From assembly GCA_964567185.1 (NCBI GenBank), contig CAZMKZ010000003.1:556-64555 (forward strand): a stretch of 64,000 bases of DNA, in the 5' to 3' direction. The notes beneath the pieces are model-generated. The model saw only the letters and a program-made list of their open reading frames with translations. It was not told where the DNA came from and searched no databases. The translations under genes and the position numbers were made by a program. Below, piece by piece: positions 18,438 through 28,906 of this stretch (its first letter is position 1; each line of letters starts with the position of its first letter). The stretch is from an uncultured Thermodesulfobacteriota bacterium (GTDB taxonomy: Bacteria; Desulfobacterota; GWC2-55-46; JADFVP01).

Positions 18438-19184
18438 TCAGGCAAAGTCCCATCCTTTCAGTTTCTCGATGGATGAATAATTGGTCATATCAAAGTGAAG
18501 GGGAGTGATGGAGATATAGCCCGAGGAGACGGCGCTAAAATCAGAATCTTCACCGCCCTCCCACCGGTCTATCTCGCCGCCTATCCAGTAGTATTTTTTC
18601 CCGCGCGGATCTTTTTTTTCAATTACAACATCGCTGAAAAAACGCTTTCCAAGACTTGTTATCCTGTGGCCCTTTATCTTCATCCCGCCCGGAACATTGA
18701 TATTCAGCAGGGTATCCACGGGAAGGCCGTGGTCGAGGATACGCTTTGCAATACGGCCGGCAAATAGCGCGGCAGACTCCATGGACGAATCAAATGGAGG
18801 CCCAAGGGAGCAGGCAACGGAGGGGATGCCCAGCATGGTCCCTTCCATGGCCGCCGAGACCGTGCCCGAGTACAGTACGTCCTCGCCGAGGTTGGTCCCC
18901 ATGTTTATCCCCGAAAGCACGATATCCGGGGTACGTGGCAGAATGGAGTTTACGGCCAGGGTCACGCAATCGGTGGGCGTGCCGTCAATGGCGTATTCCT
19001 GATGCCCGGTCCGGGTAACCCGCAGGGGCCGGTGCAGGGTAAGCGAATGGCTCGCGGCGCTCATCTCACGGTCCGGGGCGACAACAAAGACACTGCCAAG
19101 CCCCCTTAAAACAGAGGCGAGGCTCTTCAGGCCCGGCGAGTGTATGCCGTCGTCGTTGGAAATAAGTATGAGTTTTTCTGTCAT
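18438..19184 (-). CDS. surE: 5'/3'-nucleotidase SurE
   Basis: N-terminus ILISNDDGIHSPGL. Confidence 0.9.
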   Translation of the reverse strand: MTEKLILISNDDGIHSPGLKSLASVLRGLGSVFVVAPDREMSAASHSLTLHRPLRVTRTGHQEYAIDGTPTDCVTLAVNSILPRTPDIVLSGINMGTNLGEDVLYSGTVSAAMEGTMLGIPSVACSLGPPFDSSMESAALFAGRIAKRILDHGLPVDTLLNINVPGGMKIKGHRITSLGKRFFSDVVIEKKDPRGKKYYWIGGEIDRWEGGEDSDFSAVSSGYISITPLHFDMTNYSSIEKLKGWDFA

Positions 19185-19334
19185 CTTTTTCTCAGTTTCA
19201 GCAGGTATTTAACAATCTTTCAATATAATGTAAAGCGGCCTGTAATTCAATCTTTATTCTAAAAGGGAAATTCCGCAAATTCGGTCTCCCGTCATATTGA
19301 CTTTGAGACCCGATTAGATTATCCTATTGCCACA

Positions 19335-20402
19335 ATGAAAAAAACAGGGCTCACCTACCGGGACTCCGGCGTTGATATTAAAGAGGGGCAGAGGCTCGTA
19401 AAGCTCATAACCCCGGCTCTTAAAAAAACCATGAGAAAAGAGGTGTCCGGCGGTCCGGGAGGTTTCGGTGCCCTCTTTTCCGCCGGGTTCAAGGGGCTTG
19501 AAGACCCTGTGCTCGTCTCCTCTACCGATGGCGTGGGCACAAAGCTCATCGTGGCATTCATGGCGGGAATAGACTCCACCGTTGGCATCGACCTTGTAGC
19601 AATGAACGTAAACGACATACTCACCTCCGGTGCGGAACCCCTTTTTTTTCTTGATTATTTCGCCACGGGCGCACTTGACGGGGCAAAGGCCGCAAAGGTG
19701 ATAAAGGGCATAACCGCGGGGTGTGTTGACGCCGGCTGCGCTCTCATAGGCGGTGAGACTGCCGAGATGCCCGGCATCTACAAGGCGGGTGAGTACGATC
19801 TCGCCGGGTTTGCCGTAGGCGTTGTTGAAAGAAAAAAGATAATAGACGGCGCCTCCATCAGGGAGGGCGACATATTGATAGGCCTGGCCTCAAGCGGCCT
19901 TCACAGCAATGGTTTCTCGCTCGCCCGAAAGGTCCTCTTCGATTGCCTCGGCATTGACGTAAAAAAACGGGTAAAGGGCCTCAGGGGACGGACCCTTGGC
20001 TCCGCGCTCCTTGAACCCACAAGGATATACGTAAAACCCGTGCTCAAGGTTGCCAAAAAATTATCAATAAAGGGCATGGTTCATATTACGGGCGGCGGTT
20101 TTCAGGAAAACATCCCAAGGGTTCTGCCAGACGACGTGAAGGCCGTCATAGAGAGGGGCAGTTGGCCCGTGCCGCCCATATTCAAGCTCATTCAGGACGG
20201 CGGCCGCGTTGATGAGTTTGAGATGATGAGGACCTTTAACTGCGGCATCGGCTTTATAATTATTGCCGGGCAAAGTGAGAGCAAATCCATTCTCAAGGCC
20301 CTTGAGAGGGCCGGTGAGAAGGCCTTTGTTATCGGTGAGACGGGCAAGAGAAAACATGGAGAGAAGGCCGTGGAGTTCTGCGGCAGGGGGCTATTCTCAT
20401 GA
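19335..20402 (+). CDS. purM: Phosphoribosylformylglycinamidine cyclo-ligase (AIR synthetase)
   Basis: LTYRDSGVDIKEG N-terminus and AIRS domains. Confidence 0.9.
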   Translation: MKKTGLTYRDSGVDIKEGQRLVKLITPALKKTMRKEVSGGPGGFGALFSAGFKGLEDPVLVSSTDGVGTKLIVAFMAGIDSTVGIDLVAMNVNDILTSGAEPLFFLDYFATGALDGAKAAKVIKGITAGCVDAGCALIGGETAEMPGIYKAGEYDLAGFAVGVVERKKIIDGASIREGDILIGLASSGLHSNGFSLARKVLFDCLGIDVKKRVKGLRGRTLGSALLEPTRIYVKPVLKVAKKLSIKGMVHITGGGFQENIPRVLPDDVKAVIERGSWPVPPIFKLIQDGGRVDEFEMMRTFNCGIGFIIIAGQSESKSILKALERAGEKAFVIGETGKRKHGEKAVEFCGRGLFS

Positions 20403-21094
20403 CCGGGGATGTGGAGGAAAATACCCGGCCTGCGCTCAAGATAGGCGTAATCGCCTCGGGAAGGGGCACTAACCTTCAGTGTATTATCGACGCCATAGAG
20501 AGGGGCTTGCTGAGGGATGTCTCCATAGAGGTAGTCCTCTGCGACAGGCCCGGCGCAAAGGCCCTTGAGCGGGCCAAAACCCATGGAATAGACGGCGTCC
20601 TCGTAGAGAGAAAAAACTTTGATTCAAGGGACGCCTTTGACAATGCGCTTATAAGGGAATTAAAGTCACGTGGAATAGGGCTTGTAGTGCTCGCAGGTTT
20701 CATGCGCGTCCTCGGCCCTGCCTTTGTAGATTCATTTTCTCAAAAGATTATTAACATACACCCCGCGCTACTGCCCTCTTTCACCGGTCTTGATGTCCAT
20801 CAAAGGGCCATTGACGCGGGCGTCAGGTTCTCCGGATGCACAGTGCATTTTGTGGACAAGGGCCTTGACACCGGGCCCATAATAATTCAGGCCGTTGTCC
20901 CTGTCCTTGATGACGACACCATGGATACACTCGCCGAAAGGATACTCCGGGAAGAACACCGGATACTCCCGCAGGCCATAGAGCTCTTTGCAAGTGGCAG
21001 GCTTTTTGTGAAAGACAAGAGGGTTTTAGTTACAGGATCCGCCATGGCCGATGATAAGATGGCCCTGGAAAACCCCCCTGTAACCATAAGTTAG
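20399..21094 (+). CDS. purN: Phosphoribosylglycinamide formyltransferase
   Basis: KIGVIASGRGTNLQ and the HPALLPSF formyltransferase motif. The start overlaps the purM stop. Confidence 0.9.
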   Translation: MTGDVEENTRPALKIGVIASGRGTNLQCIIDAIERGLLRDVSIEVVLCDRPGAKALERAKTHGIDGVLVERKNFDSRDAFDNALIRELKSRGIGLVVLAGFMRVLGPAFVDSFSQKIINIHPALLPSFTGLDVHQRAIDAGVRFSGCTVHFVDKGLDTGPIIIQAVVPVLDDDTMDTLAERILREEHRILPQAIELFASGRLFVKDKRVLVTGSAMADDKMALENPPVTIS

Positions 21095-21119
21095 CCGCAG
21101 GAGCCGAGGGACCAACCCG

Positions 21120-21554
21120 GTGGAGAGTAAACCCGTTTTAATAAGCGCCTGCCTCATGGGGATTAAGACGCGCTATGACGGAAGCGCCTCGTTTAACGCC
21201 GAGGCCGTTAAAGAGGCAGGGCCTCTGCCTCTGCCCGTCTGCCCGGAGCAGCTTGGCGGCCTGCCTACCCCGAGGACAGCGGCCCTCATAGAGGGCGGCA
21301 CGGGTGAAGACGTATTGAACGGCAAGGCCTTTGTAGTAAACCTCGACGGCATTCTCGTAACGCCTTCTTTTATTCGCGGCGCAGAGGCCGTAATGGAGAT
21401 AGCCCGCAAAACCGGCGCAGTAAAGGCTGTCTTTAAGGAGCGCAGCCCCTCTTGCGGTGTGAATACTATCTGCAGGGGGGCCCGCTCCTGCAGGGGCTCT
21501 GGGGTAACCACGGCCCTTCTTAAAAAAATGGGTCTGGAGATACTCGGTTTTTAA
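21120..21554 (+). CDS. DUF523 (TudS-like) domain protein
   Basis: ISACLMGIKTRYDG...CPEQLGGLPTPR, the conserved Cys pattern of DUF523. Confidence 0.6.
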   Translation: MESKPVLISACLMGIKTRYDGSASFNAEAVKEAGPLPLPVCPEQLGGLPTPRTAALIEGGTGEDVLNGKAFVVNLDGILVTPSFIRGAEAVMEIARKTGAVKAVFKERSPSCGVNTICRGARSCRGSGVTTALLKKMGLEILGF

Positions 21555-21596
21555 CTTGTTAATATATAAAGCAATACCCTTAACGCGAGGTGTGAG

Positions 21597-22379
21597 ATGA
21601 AAAAGAATATTTTTATTACAACGCTGGCTATTATTATCTTGTTTCCCCTTGTCTCCATGGCGGGTTCCATAAAGGACTACTGCCGTAAAAACGCCAAGGC
21701 CATGAACAGGTCCATTTCAAGCTGCGTAAAGGCCGAGAAGAAGGCCGAGAGTTGGCTTGCCGTAAACCCCGTGCCCGACGATATTTATAAAAACTGCAAG
21801 ATCGGCACCGGCGAAAGCAGAAGACTCCTGAAGGACTGCGTCCTCAGGGAGAGCTATCTTCGGAACGCCCGGGCCGTAAGTCCCCTGAATATTGGGAATT
21901 CAAAGGCATGGTACGCCGCCTCCCTTAAAGGGCTATTTCCGTCCCTAATCCGAGTATGCGGTTATGAGAGAGCGATAGATGATTTTGCCGTCCTGCCCAG
22001 GGACATCACGAAGTTCCATTTTTCCACGACTATCCAGTACCATGACATCTTACCCGTCCTCAAGGTAAAGGGACGTGTCGACATAGGCCCCCTCGGGCGC
22101 GCCGGCAATAAAAAGGGCTCCAAGCATTACGACCTCTATATAGACGCCTTCCTCGTCTCCAATACCGGAAGGGTAATTGACATAAGTTCCACGGAGGCTA
22201 CCGCCAGGTTATCGTCCCGCGGAGGCACGGCGCGCTTTTCTTTTAATATCGGTAGCGGATATTACTTTGACAAGGGCGGGAGTGTCCTTGTTGTGGCATC
22301 AGGGTCGCCCATTAAAACGGATTATCCCGAGGCCTCCTGTCTCCTCCTGGGGGCAAAGAAGATAACCTTTGGAAAATAG
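21597..22379 (+). CDS. Secreted hypothetical protein
   Basis: A 260-aa protein with the N-terminal signal peptide MKKNIFITTLAIIILFPLVSMA, a Cys-rich N-terminal region and no recognised motifs. Confidence 0.4.
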   Translation: MKKNIFITTLAIIILFPLVSMAGSIKDYCRKNAKAMNRSISSCVKAEKKAESWLAVNPVPDDIYKNCKIGTGESRRLLKDCVLRESYLRNARAVSPLNIGNSKAWYAASLKGLFPSLIRVCGYERAIDDFAVLPRDITKFHFSTTIQYHDILPVLKVKGRVDIGPLGRAGNKKGSKHYDLYIDAFLVSNTGRVIDISSTEATARLSSRGGTARFSFNIGSGYYFDKGGSVLVVASGSPIKTDYPEASCLLLGAKKITFGK

Positions 22380-22412
22380 GAAACAGACTCCACGCTTTCG
22401 AGAGGCCATATC

Positions 22413-23084
22413 ATGAAGATAACATACCACGGGCATTCATGTTTTTCGCTACGCTCCAATGGGGCCAATCTTATCATTGACCCCTTTCTCTCAGCTAACC
22501 CCCTTGCCGATATCGGCCCAGGGGACGTAAAGGCAGACGCCGTCCTTGTAACTCATGGGCACGCCGACCACCTCGGAGACGCCGTTGAGATAGCAAAAGC
22601 CAACAAAGTCCCCGTAATAGCCCCCTTTGAGCTCGTTAACTACTGCATATCAAAGGGTGCCATGGGGCACGCCATGCACATAGGAGGGGCCTTCAACTTT
22701 CCCTTCGGCAGGGTCAAGCTCACCATAGCGCACCACGGCTCCACCACCGACGATGGCCCTGTTGGAAACCCCTGCGGATTTATCGTTACCATGAATAACA
22801 GGACCGTCTACCATGCCGGGGACACGGGCCTCTTTTACGATATGCGCCTCATTGGGGAGACCAACCGCATTGACTGCGCCCTCCTGCCCATAGGGGATAA
22901 CTTCACCATGGGCATAGAGGACGCAGTGCGCGCCGTGAAGATGCTGGACCCCGCAGTGGTAATCCCCATGCATTACAACACCTTTGATGTAATCAAGCAG
23001 GACCCTGAAGAGTTCAGGCGCGCCCTTGCCGGAGAGGGGCCTGATGTGAGGATATTGAGTTCAGGCGAGAGCACCGATATATGA
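22413..23084 (+). CDS. UPF0173-family metal-dependent hydrolase (MBL fold)
   Basis: MKITYHGHSCF...HGHADHLGD. Confidence 0.8.
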   Translation: MKITYHGHSCFSLRSNGANLIIDPFLSANPLADIGPGDVKADAVLVTHGHADHLGDAVEIAKANKVPVIAPFELVNYCISKGAMGHAMHIGGAFNFPFGRVKLTIAHHGSTTDDGPVGNPCGFIVTMNNRTVYHAGDTGLFYDMRLIGETNRIDCALLPIGDNFTMGIEDAVRAVKMLDPAVVIPMHYNTFDVIKQDPEEFRRALAGEGPDVRILSSGESTDI

Positions 23085-23270
23085 GGGGGCGGCTAAGGGT
23101 CTCAAAGGGGCCTTTTAAGCGGAAAAAAAATAAGGGATAATACGGCAAGACATGGAATCGGCGCCGCGGAGGCGCTCATGAGTGCCCTTTGTTCAAAAAA
23201 AACCCTTGCCTTGCGCCTTAAAAGATGATATTTTTTTTAGATTATAAAAAAAGCGGGAGGATTTCAGAAG

Positions 23271-23462
23271 ATGTCAGCGATATGCAAGATATGTAAAAAA
23301 GGGCCCGTATTCGGCAACAACGTGAGCCATGCCCATAATAAGACAAAGAGAAGATGGAATCCCAACCTTCAGAGCGTACGCGCCCTTCACGAAGGCAAGG
23401 TTCAGAAGATCAAGGTCTGCTCAAGGTGCATACGCTCCGGGGCTGTCTCAAGGGCTGTCTGA
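23271..23462 (+). CDS. rpmB: 50S ribosomal protein L28
   Basis: [34 protein letters not shown]. Confidence 0.9.
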   Translation: MSAICKICKKGPVFGNNVSHAHNKTKRRWNPNLQSVRALHEGKVQKIKVCSRCIRSGAVSRAV

Positions 23463-23487
23463 ACCCATTGGCTTTGCTATTTAACGC

Positions 23488-23519
23488 CGCCTGCCCGGAA
23501 GAAGGGCAGGCGTTTTTTT
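23488..23519 (+). terminator. Rho-independent terminator of rpmB
   Basis: GCCTGCCCggaagaaGGGCAGGC followed by a T7 run. Confidence 0.8.
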
Positions 23520-23521
23520 GT

Positions 23522-23534
23522 CCCCCCCCCCCCC
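23522..23534. repeat. Homopolymeric C13 tract in the convergent intergenic region
   Basis: Thirteen consecutive C immediately after the rpmB terminator T-run. Confidence 0.9.
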
Positions 23535-23633
23535 GCGTGACGGTGAGAAATTATTTACAGGTTCCTTTATCTTAACCCCCTGAAGCCGCGCGCCCCTCTT
23601 TACGGCAACTGAATCACACACGCACTTTGTCCC

Positions 23634-24020
23634 CTATTCGCCTGTTACGGCCACGGCCTCTATCTCCAGGGCCACGTCCTTTGGAAGCCTCGAAACCTCA
23701 ACGGTGGCCCTTGCCGGATAAGGAGGGCTGAAAAACTCGCCGTAGACCTTGTTCATCTGCCCGAAGAGGGTGATATCGCTGAGATAGACCGTTGTCTTCA
23801 CTACATCACCGAGCCCGAGCCCGGCCCCTGTAAGCACTGCCTCCAGGTTCTTCAGGACGCGCCTTGTCTGCGCCTCAATGCCGCCCTCTGTAATAACGCC
23901 TGAATCAGGCTCAAGTGGTATGGCCCCGGAGATAAATAAAAACCCCCCTGCCCTCACTGCCTGCGAATAGGGGCCTATGGCCGCGGGGGCCTTTTTTGTT
24001 ATTATTTCCTCTATCTTCAT
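23634..24020 (-). CDS. ridA: RidA-family reactive-intermediate/imine deaminase
   Basis: YjgF/RidA C-terminus ATVEVSRLPKDVALEIEAVAV. The start is probably at MKIEE. Confidence 0.85.
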   Translation of the reverse strand: MKIEEIITKKAPAAIGPYSQAVRAGGFLFISGAIPLEPDSGVITEGGIEAQTRRVLKNLEAVLTGAGLGLGDVVKTTVYLSDITLFGQMNKVYGEFFSPPYPARATVEVSRLPKDVALEIEAVAVTGE

Positions 24021-24100
24021 TTCAGGCGTTTTGTCCCTTCTCCCTCGCGCAGAGGGTCTGATTATCAATTACACCGCAGTGGAATCGAGTGCCCGCCCTC

Positions 24101-26299
24101 TTAAAAGGCGCCCTCATACGTGGAGGTCACCTTGCCCTTTATCCTCTTTACCTTCTGAACCTTGTTAATCTTTGAGAGCGCGTCAATGATGGTCTTAAGG
24201 TGTTTTATGTCCCTCACCTCCACCTCGAAGGTACAGAGTGATTTATTATCAGGTATGCTCCTGATATCCGCGCTTGAGATATTGGCGTCAGAGGCGTGTA
24301 TGGCGCCCGTCAGATCGGCAAGCATGCCCTTTACGTTCTTGCATACCACCATTATCCTCACAGACCTCGTCATATGAGAGTCCTTGTCCCATGCAACGTC
24401 TATCATGCGCTCCTTGTCTACGTTCAAGAGGCTCGGACAGCGCGCGAGATGCACTTCGAGGCCGTGTCCATGGGTTATAAAACCCATAATCCTGTCGCCG
24501 GGAAGCGGACTGCAGCAATCGGCAAAGGTGATGAGCAGGTCCATATCGCCGCTTACGATTACGGGACTGCCATGGAGCTTTTTTCCGCCGGTTATACGGC
24601 CTATGACATCTTTTATGGAGAACTTCTGCAACTGCCCCATGACGGTCTTTTTTTCCGGCTTTATCTTGCTCATAATGTCTGTTACCTGAATCTTGCCGTA
24701 GCCCACACAGGCAAAGAGGCTATCAAGACCGGGCAGTGAAAAGGCCTCGCGGGCAAGCCTCTCAAGGTCCCCGGATTCAGTGAGCGCCGCAAGGTCAAGG
24801 GACCGGCGCGAGAACTCCCTCTTGCAGATATCCCTGCCCATGGAGATGCTCCTTGTCCTCTCCTCTGTCTTTATCCAGTGCCGTATCTTTGTGCGCGCCT
24901 TGGATGTGACCACATAATTGAGCCAGTCGGAGCTCGGGTGGCGGGCCTGCGAGGTGAGTATGTTCACCACGTCGCCGTTATGAAGTTTGGTGTTCAGCGC
25001 CACCATCTGTCCGTTTACCTTGGCGCCGCTGCAATGGTTGCCTATGTCCGTGTGTATGGCATAGGCGAAATCAACGGGCGTGGCGCACGTTGGGAGCTGC
25101 TTTACCTCCCCCCTTGGCGTGAAGATGAAGACCTCATCGGGGTATAGCCCCACCTTGAGGGTGTCCATGAACTCGTCGGAGTCCTTGAGGTCGCGCTGCC
25201 ACTCAAGCAGCTGCCTCAGCCATGCGAATCTCTTGTAATCCTTGTAATCCTCTTCACCGACTCCGATGCCTTCCTTGTACTTCCAGTGCGAGGCAATGCC
25301 GTACTCGGCCACCCTGTGCATCTCGGTTGTCCTTATCTGTATCTCCATCCTCACGCCATAGGGACCTACAACAACGGTATGAAGGGATTGATAGAGGTTG
25401 AGTTTCGGTAGTGCTATATAGTCCTTGAACTTTCCCGGCACGGGCTTCCAGATGGAATGGATAACGCCGAGGCTCGCGTAGCACTCCTTCACGTCGTCCA
25501 CTATGACGCGGAGCGCTATTATGTCGTGAATGTCCTCGAAGTCCAGGTTCTGCTCCCGCATCTTTCTGTCAATGCTGTAAAGGTGCTTGAACCTGCCCAT
25601 TACCGTTGCGTGTATATTATGCTCAACGAGTTTTTCTTCTATTATGGCGCGGGCGTTTCCCGTGTACTTGTTCCAGGCCTCGCGTTCCACGGATATCTTT
25701 TCATCGAGCCACCGGTATCTCTCCGGATCCATGAACTGGAACGAAAGGTCCTCAAGCTCGGTCTTTATCCATCCCATGCCAAGCCGGTTTGCAAGGGGCG
25801 CGTATATGTTAAGGGTCTCCTCGGCTATGCGTCTCTGTTTTACGGTGAGATGGTGAGTAAGTGTCCTCATGTTGTGAAGCCTGTCGGCGAGCTTTATGAG
25901 TATGACGCGGATGTCACGGCTCATGGCGAGTATCATCTTGCGGTAGTTTTCGGCCTCACGGTCCTCACGGTTCTCAAAAGAGATTCTGCTTATCTTTGTG
26001 ACGCCGTCCACAAGCGCGGCTATCTCGGAGCCGAACATCTCCTCAATCTTTTCTATGGTGGTGTATGTGTCCTCAACGGTGTCGTGCAGCAGCCCCGTGG
26101 CAAGGGACTGCGTGTCCATCTTCAGCTCGGCGAGGATATGGGTAACCTCAAGGGGATGCACAAGATAGGGCTCGCCGGAAAGCCGCGTCTGCCCCTTGTG
26201 AACCATGGCGGAGTATAGATACGCCTTCTTCAGGAGCTCTATATCGGCCCTGGGGTTGTAGGAGATGACCATCTCCACTATGTCTTCAAAACGCACCAT
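24101..26299 (-). CDS. relA: Bifunctional (p)ppGpp synthetase/hydrolase (Rel/SpoT)
   Basis: HD hydrolase motif LLHDTVEDT, synthetase, TGS and ACT regions. The start is probably at MVRFEDIV. Confidence 0.9.
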   Translation of the reverse strand: MVRFEDIVEMVISYNPRADIELLKKAYLYSAMVHKGQTRLSGEPYLVHPLEVTHILAELKMDTQSLATGLLHDTVEDTYTTIEKIEEMFGSEIAALVDGVTKISRISFENREDREAENYRKMILAMSRDIRVILIKLADRLHNMRTLTHHLTVKQRRIAEETLNIYAPLANRLGMGWIKTELEDLSFQFMDPERYRWLDEKISVEREAWNKYTGNARAIIEEKLVEHNIHATVMGRFKHLYSIDRKMREQNLDFEDIHDIIALRVIVDDVKECYASLGVIHSIWKPVPGKFKDYIALPKLNLYQSLHTVVVGPYGVRMEIQIRTTEMHRVAEYGIASHWKYKEGIGVGEEDYKDYKRFAWLRQLLEWQRDLKDSDEFMDTLKVGLYPDEVFIFTPRGEVKQLPTCATPVDFAYAIHTDIGNHCSGAKVNGQMVALNTKLHNGDVVNILTSQARHPSSDWLNYVVTSKARTKIRHWIKTEERTRSISMGRDICKREFSRRSLDLAALTESGDLERLAREAFSLPGLDSLFACVGYGKIQVTDIMSKIKPEKKTVMGQLQKFSIKDVIGRITGGKKLHGSPVIVSGDMDLLITFADCCSPLPGDRIMGFITHGHGLEVHLARCPSLLNVDKERMIDVAWDKDSHMTRSVRIMVVCKNVKGMLADLTGAIHASDANISSADIRSIPDNKSLCTFEVEVRDIKHLKTIIDALSKINKVQKVKRIKGKVTSTYEGAF

Positions 26300-26509
26300 A
26301 GGACAAGCTCTTGATATTAAAGAGGGGGAAAACAATTACTTTATATAATCTATCGTAAAAGAGCATTTTTTTCAATAGCCCGTGGCATGAGAGGCCGCAC
26401 CGTGAGGGCCGGCCTCTTCATGTGAACTCCAAAAATGGCCCCTTCAGAGGGGGTAGGGGGGCTTTATCTATATCTTGCTTTAGCCTGTTGATTTTGTTAT
26501 ATTTTCAAG

Positions 26510-28906
26510 ATGACACATGGTTTTTTAAGTTTCAGGCGCATCTTCCGATACGCCTTGATATGCATTGGTGTTTTCTGCGTTTCCCTGATCGGCTTCTATA
26601 TCTATCTATCGAAGACATTGCCCGACCTTGACGCCCTTGCGAACTATCAGCCAAACCTCGTCACGCGCGTATATTCCGACGACGGCGCAATGATAGGCGA
26701 GTTTTACATCGAGCGGCGGGTCGTAGTGCCCATAGAGAAGATACCGGAGCATCTGAAGCAGGCATTCCTCGCCGCAGAGGACGCGGAATTTTACCAGCAC
26801 GAGGGCATAAGCTACGTAGGCATCATGCGCGCCTTTTACAAGAACCTCTCCGCCGGAAAGATTGTGCAGGGGGCCTCCACCATTACACAGCAGGTGGCAA
26901 GGGGCTTTTTTCTTACGCCTGAGAAGAAGGTCATGCGTAAGATTAAAGAGATGATGCTTGCCCGGAGGATTGAGAAACGCCTCTCAAAGAGCGAGATACT
27001 CGCCCTGTACCTTAATCAGATATATCTCGGCAACGGGGCATATGGCGTTCAGGCGGCGGCGCAGACCTACTTTGACAAGGATGTAAAAGACCTGGACCTT
27101 GCAGAATCCGCCCTTATAGCGGGGCTCCCGAAGGCGCCGAGCCGGTATTCTCCCTACGTCAATTTTCTCTTATCAAAAAAACGGCAGGAATTCATCCTGC
27201 AACGCATGGTGGAGGAGAGGTTCATATCCGCCAACGAAGCGGACTTTGCCAAGGCCGAGACTATTGTGCTCAAACCCTACATGACCAAATCACTCTGGGT
27301 GGGGCCCTACTTCACGGAGCACATAAGGAGATATATAGAAGATAAATACGGCGATGATATCCTCTACAAGGGCGGACTCAGCATTTTCACTACCCTTAAC
27401 GTGGACCTTCAGAAGGCCGCCAACGAGGCCGTTAAAAAGGGGCTCAGAAACTTTGACAGGCGCCGCGGGTACAGGGGACCCATAAAGTCCATTATTGACG
27501 AGGAAGAGGCGCGTGCCTTCATTGAGAACCTTACGCGCAAGCACAGGGGCGCTTCCTTTGAGCCCGGGGACCTCACAGAGGGCATCATAACGGCCATAGA
27601 CAAAAAAACAGGCCGTATAGACCTTGACCTCGGGGGCAGAGCCGGATACATGAACCGCTGGGGCTACCGCTGGGCACGGCTCTACAACCCCGACAATACA
27701 CCTGAAGGCAAGATAGTGCCGAGGCCCGTTCTGCTCTTTCATCCCGGAGACGTCCTCTTGCTCAGGGTACGAAAGCCCGTGTCCGCTAAGGGGCCCGTAC
27801 CCCTTGTGCTTGATCAGACTCCCCTTGCCGAGGCCTCTCTTATGGCCATGGACCAGGCCACAGGCTATATCAAGGCCATGGTAGGGGGAAGTGATTTTTC
27901 CAGGACTCAGTACAACAGGGCGGTTCAGGCCAAGCGTCAGCCCGGCTCGGCCTTTAAGCCCATAATATACTCTGCGGCCTTTGACAAGGGCTTTACCCCG
28001 GCCACCATCATAATGGACACGCCCATCGTCTTTGAAGACAGTGAGAACGCCCTTCAGTGGAGGCCCAGAAACTATGATGAACGCTTCGGCGGCCCCACTA
28101 CCGTAAGAAAGGCCCTTGCAAAATCGCGAAATGTCGTTACAATTAAAATATTGAAGAAGATTGGCCTTAATTACTGCATTGACTACGCCAGAAGGCTGGG
28201 CATTACAACGCCGCTGGCAAAAGACCTATCGCTGGCCCTCGGCTCAAGCGCCGTTACGCTATATGACCTTACCTCCGTATACTCTGTATTTGCCAACGGA
28301 GGAAAGCGTGCGAAGCCTATCTTCATCACCAAGATTATTGACAAAGACGGCAATGTAATAGAGGACAACGCGCCTTCGGCCACTGAGGTAATAAGCCCGC
28401 AGACGGCCTATCTCATGACAAAGATGCTCGAAGGAGTCATACAGAACGGCACGGGCTGGCGCGCCAAAAGCCTTGGAAGGCCGGCGGCGGGCAAAACCGG
28501 CACCACCAACGGCCTTAACGACGCCTGGTTTCTCGGTTACGTTCCACAGCTCACGGCAGGCGTATGGGTTGGTTATGACAACGAGAAAAAACTCGGCAGG
28601 CATGAGACAGGTTCGCGGGCGGCCCTGCCCATATGGCTCTCTTTCATGAAGGCCGCCACCAAAGACAAGCCTGTCAACGATTTTCAGGCCCCCGAGGGCA
28701 TAGAGTTCGCCAGGATTGACGCGGATACAGGCCAACCCGCCACTCCATTTACGGAGAACCCGATCTTCGAGGTATTCAAAACCGGTACCGCGCCTGTAAA
28801 GGCAGTAACACCTGAGACAGTAAAACCAGACGAAGAGGACCTCCTCATGAGAGATATCAATACCCTGCCACCCCTGGATGAAGGTAACCATGAGACCGCT
28901 CATTGA
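26510..28906 (+). CDS. mrcA: Class A penicillin-binding protein 1A (transglycosylase/transpeptidase)
   Basis: GT51 motifs AEDAEFYQHEG and transpeptidase motifs GSAFKP, SxN and GKTGTT. Confidence 0.9.
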   Translation: MTHGFLSFRRIFRYALICIGVFCVSLIGFYIYLSKTLPDLDALANYQPNLVTRVYSDDGAMIGEFYIERRVVVPIEKIPEHLKQAFLAAEDAEFYQHEGISYVGIMRAFYKNLSAGKIVQGASTITQQVARGFFLTPEKKVMRKIKEMMLARRIEKRLSKSEILALYLNQIYLGNGAYGVQAAAQTYFDKDVKDLDLAESALIAGLPKAPSRYSPYVNFLLSKKRQEFILQRMVEERFISANEADFAKAETIVLKPYMTKSLWVGPYFTEHIRRYIEDKYGDDILYKGGLSIFTTLNVDLQKAANEAVKKGLRNFDRRRGYRGPIKSIIDEEEARAFIENLTRKHRGASFEPGDLTEGIITAIDKKTGRIDLDLGGRAGYMNRWGYRWARLYNPDNTPEGKIVPRPVLLFHPGDVLLLRVRKPVSAKGPVPLVLDQTPLAEASLMAMDQATGYIKAMVGGSDFSRTQYNRAVQAKRQPGSAFKPIIYSAAFDKGFTPATIIMDTPIVFEDSENALQWRPRNYDERFGGPTTVRKALAKSRNVVTIKILKKIGLNYCIDYARRLGITTPLAKDLSLALGSSAVTLYDLTSVYSVFANGGKRAKPIFITKIIDKDGNVIEDNAPSATEVISPQTAYLMTKMLEGVIQNGTGWRAKSLGRPAAGKTGTTNGLNDAWFLGYVPQLTAGVWVGYDNEKKLGRHETGSRAALPIWLSFMKAATKDKPVNDFQAPEGIEFARIDADTGQPATPFTENPIFEVFKTGTAPVKAVTPETVKPDEEDLLMRDINTLPPLDEGNHETAH

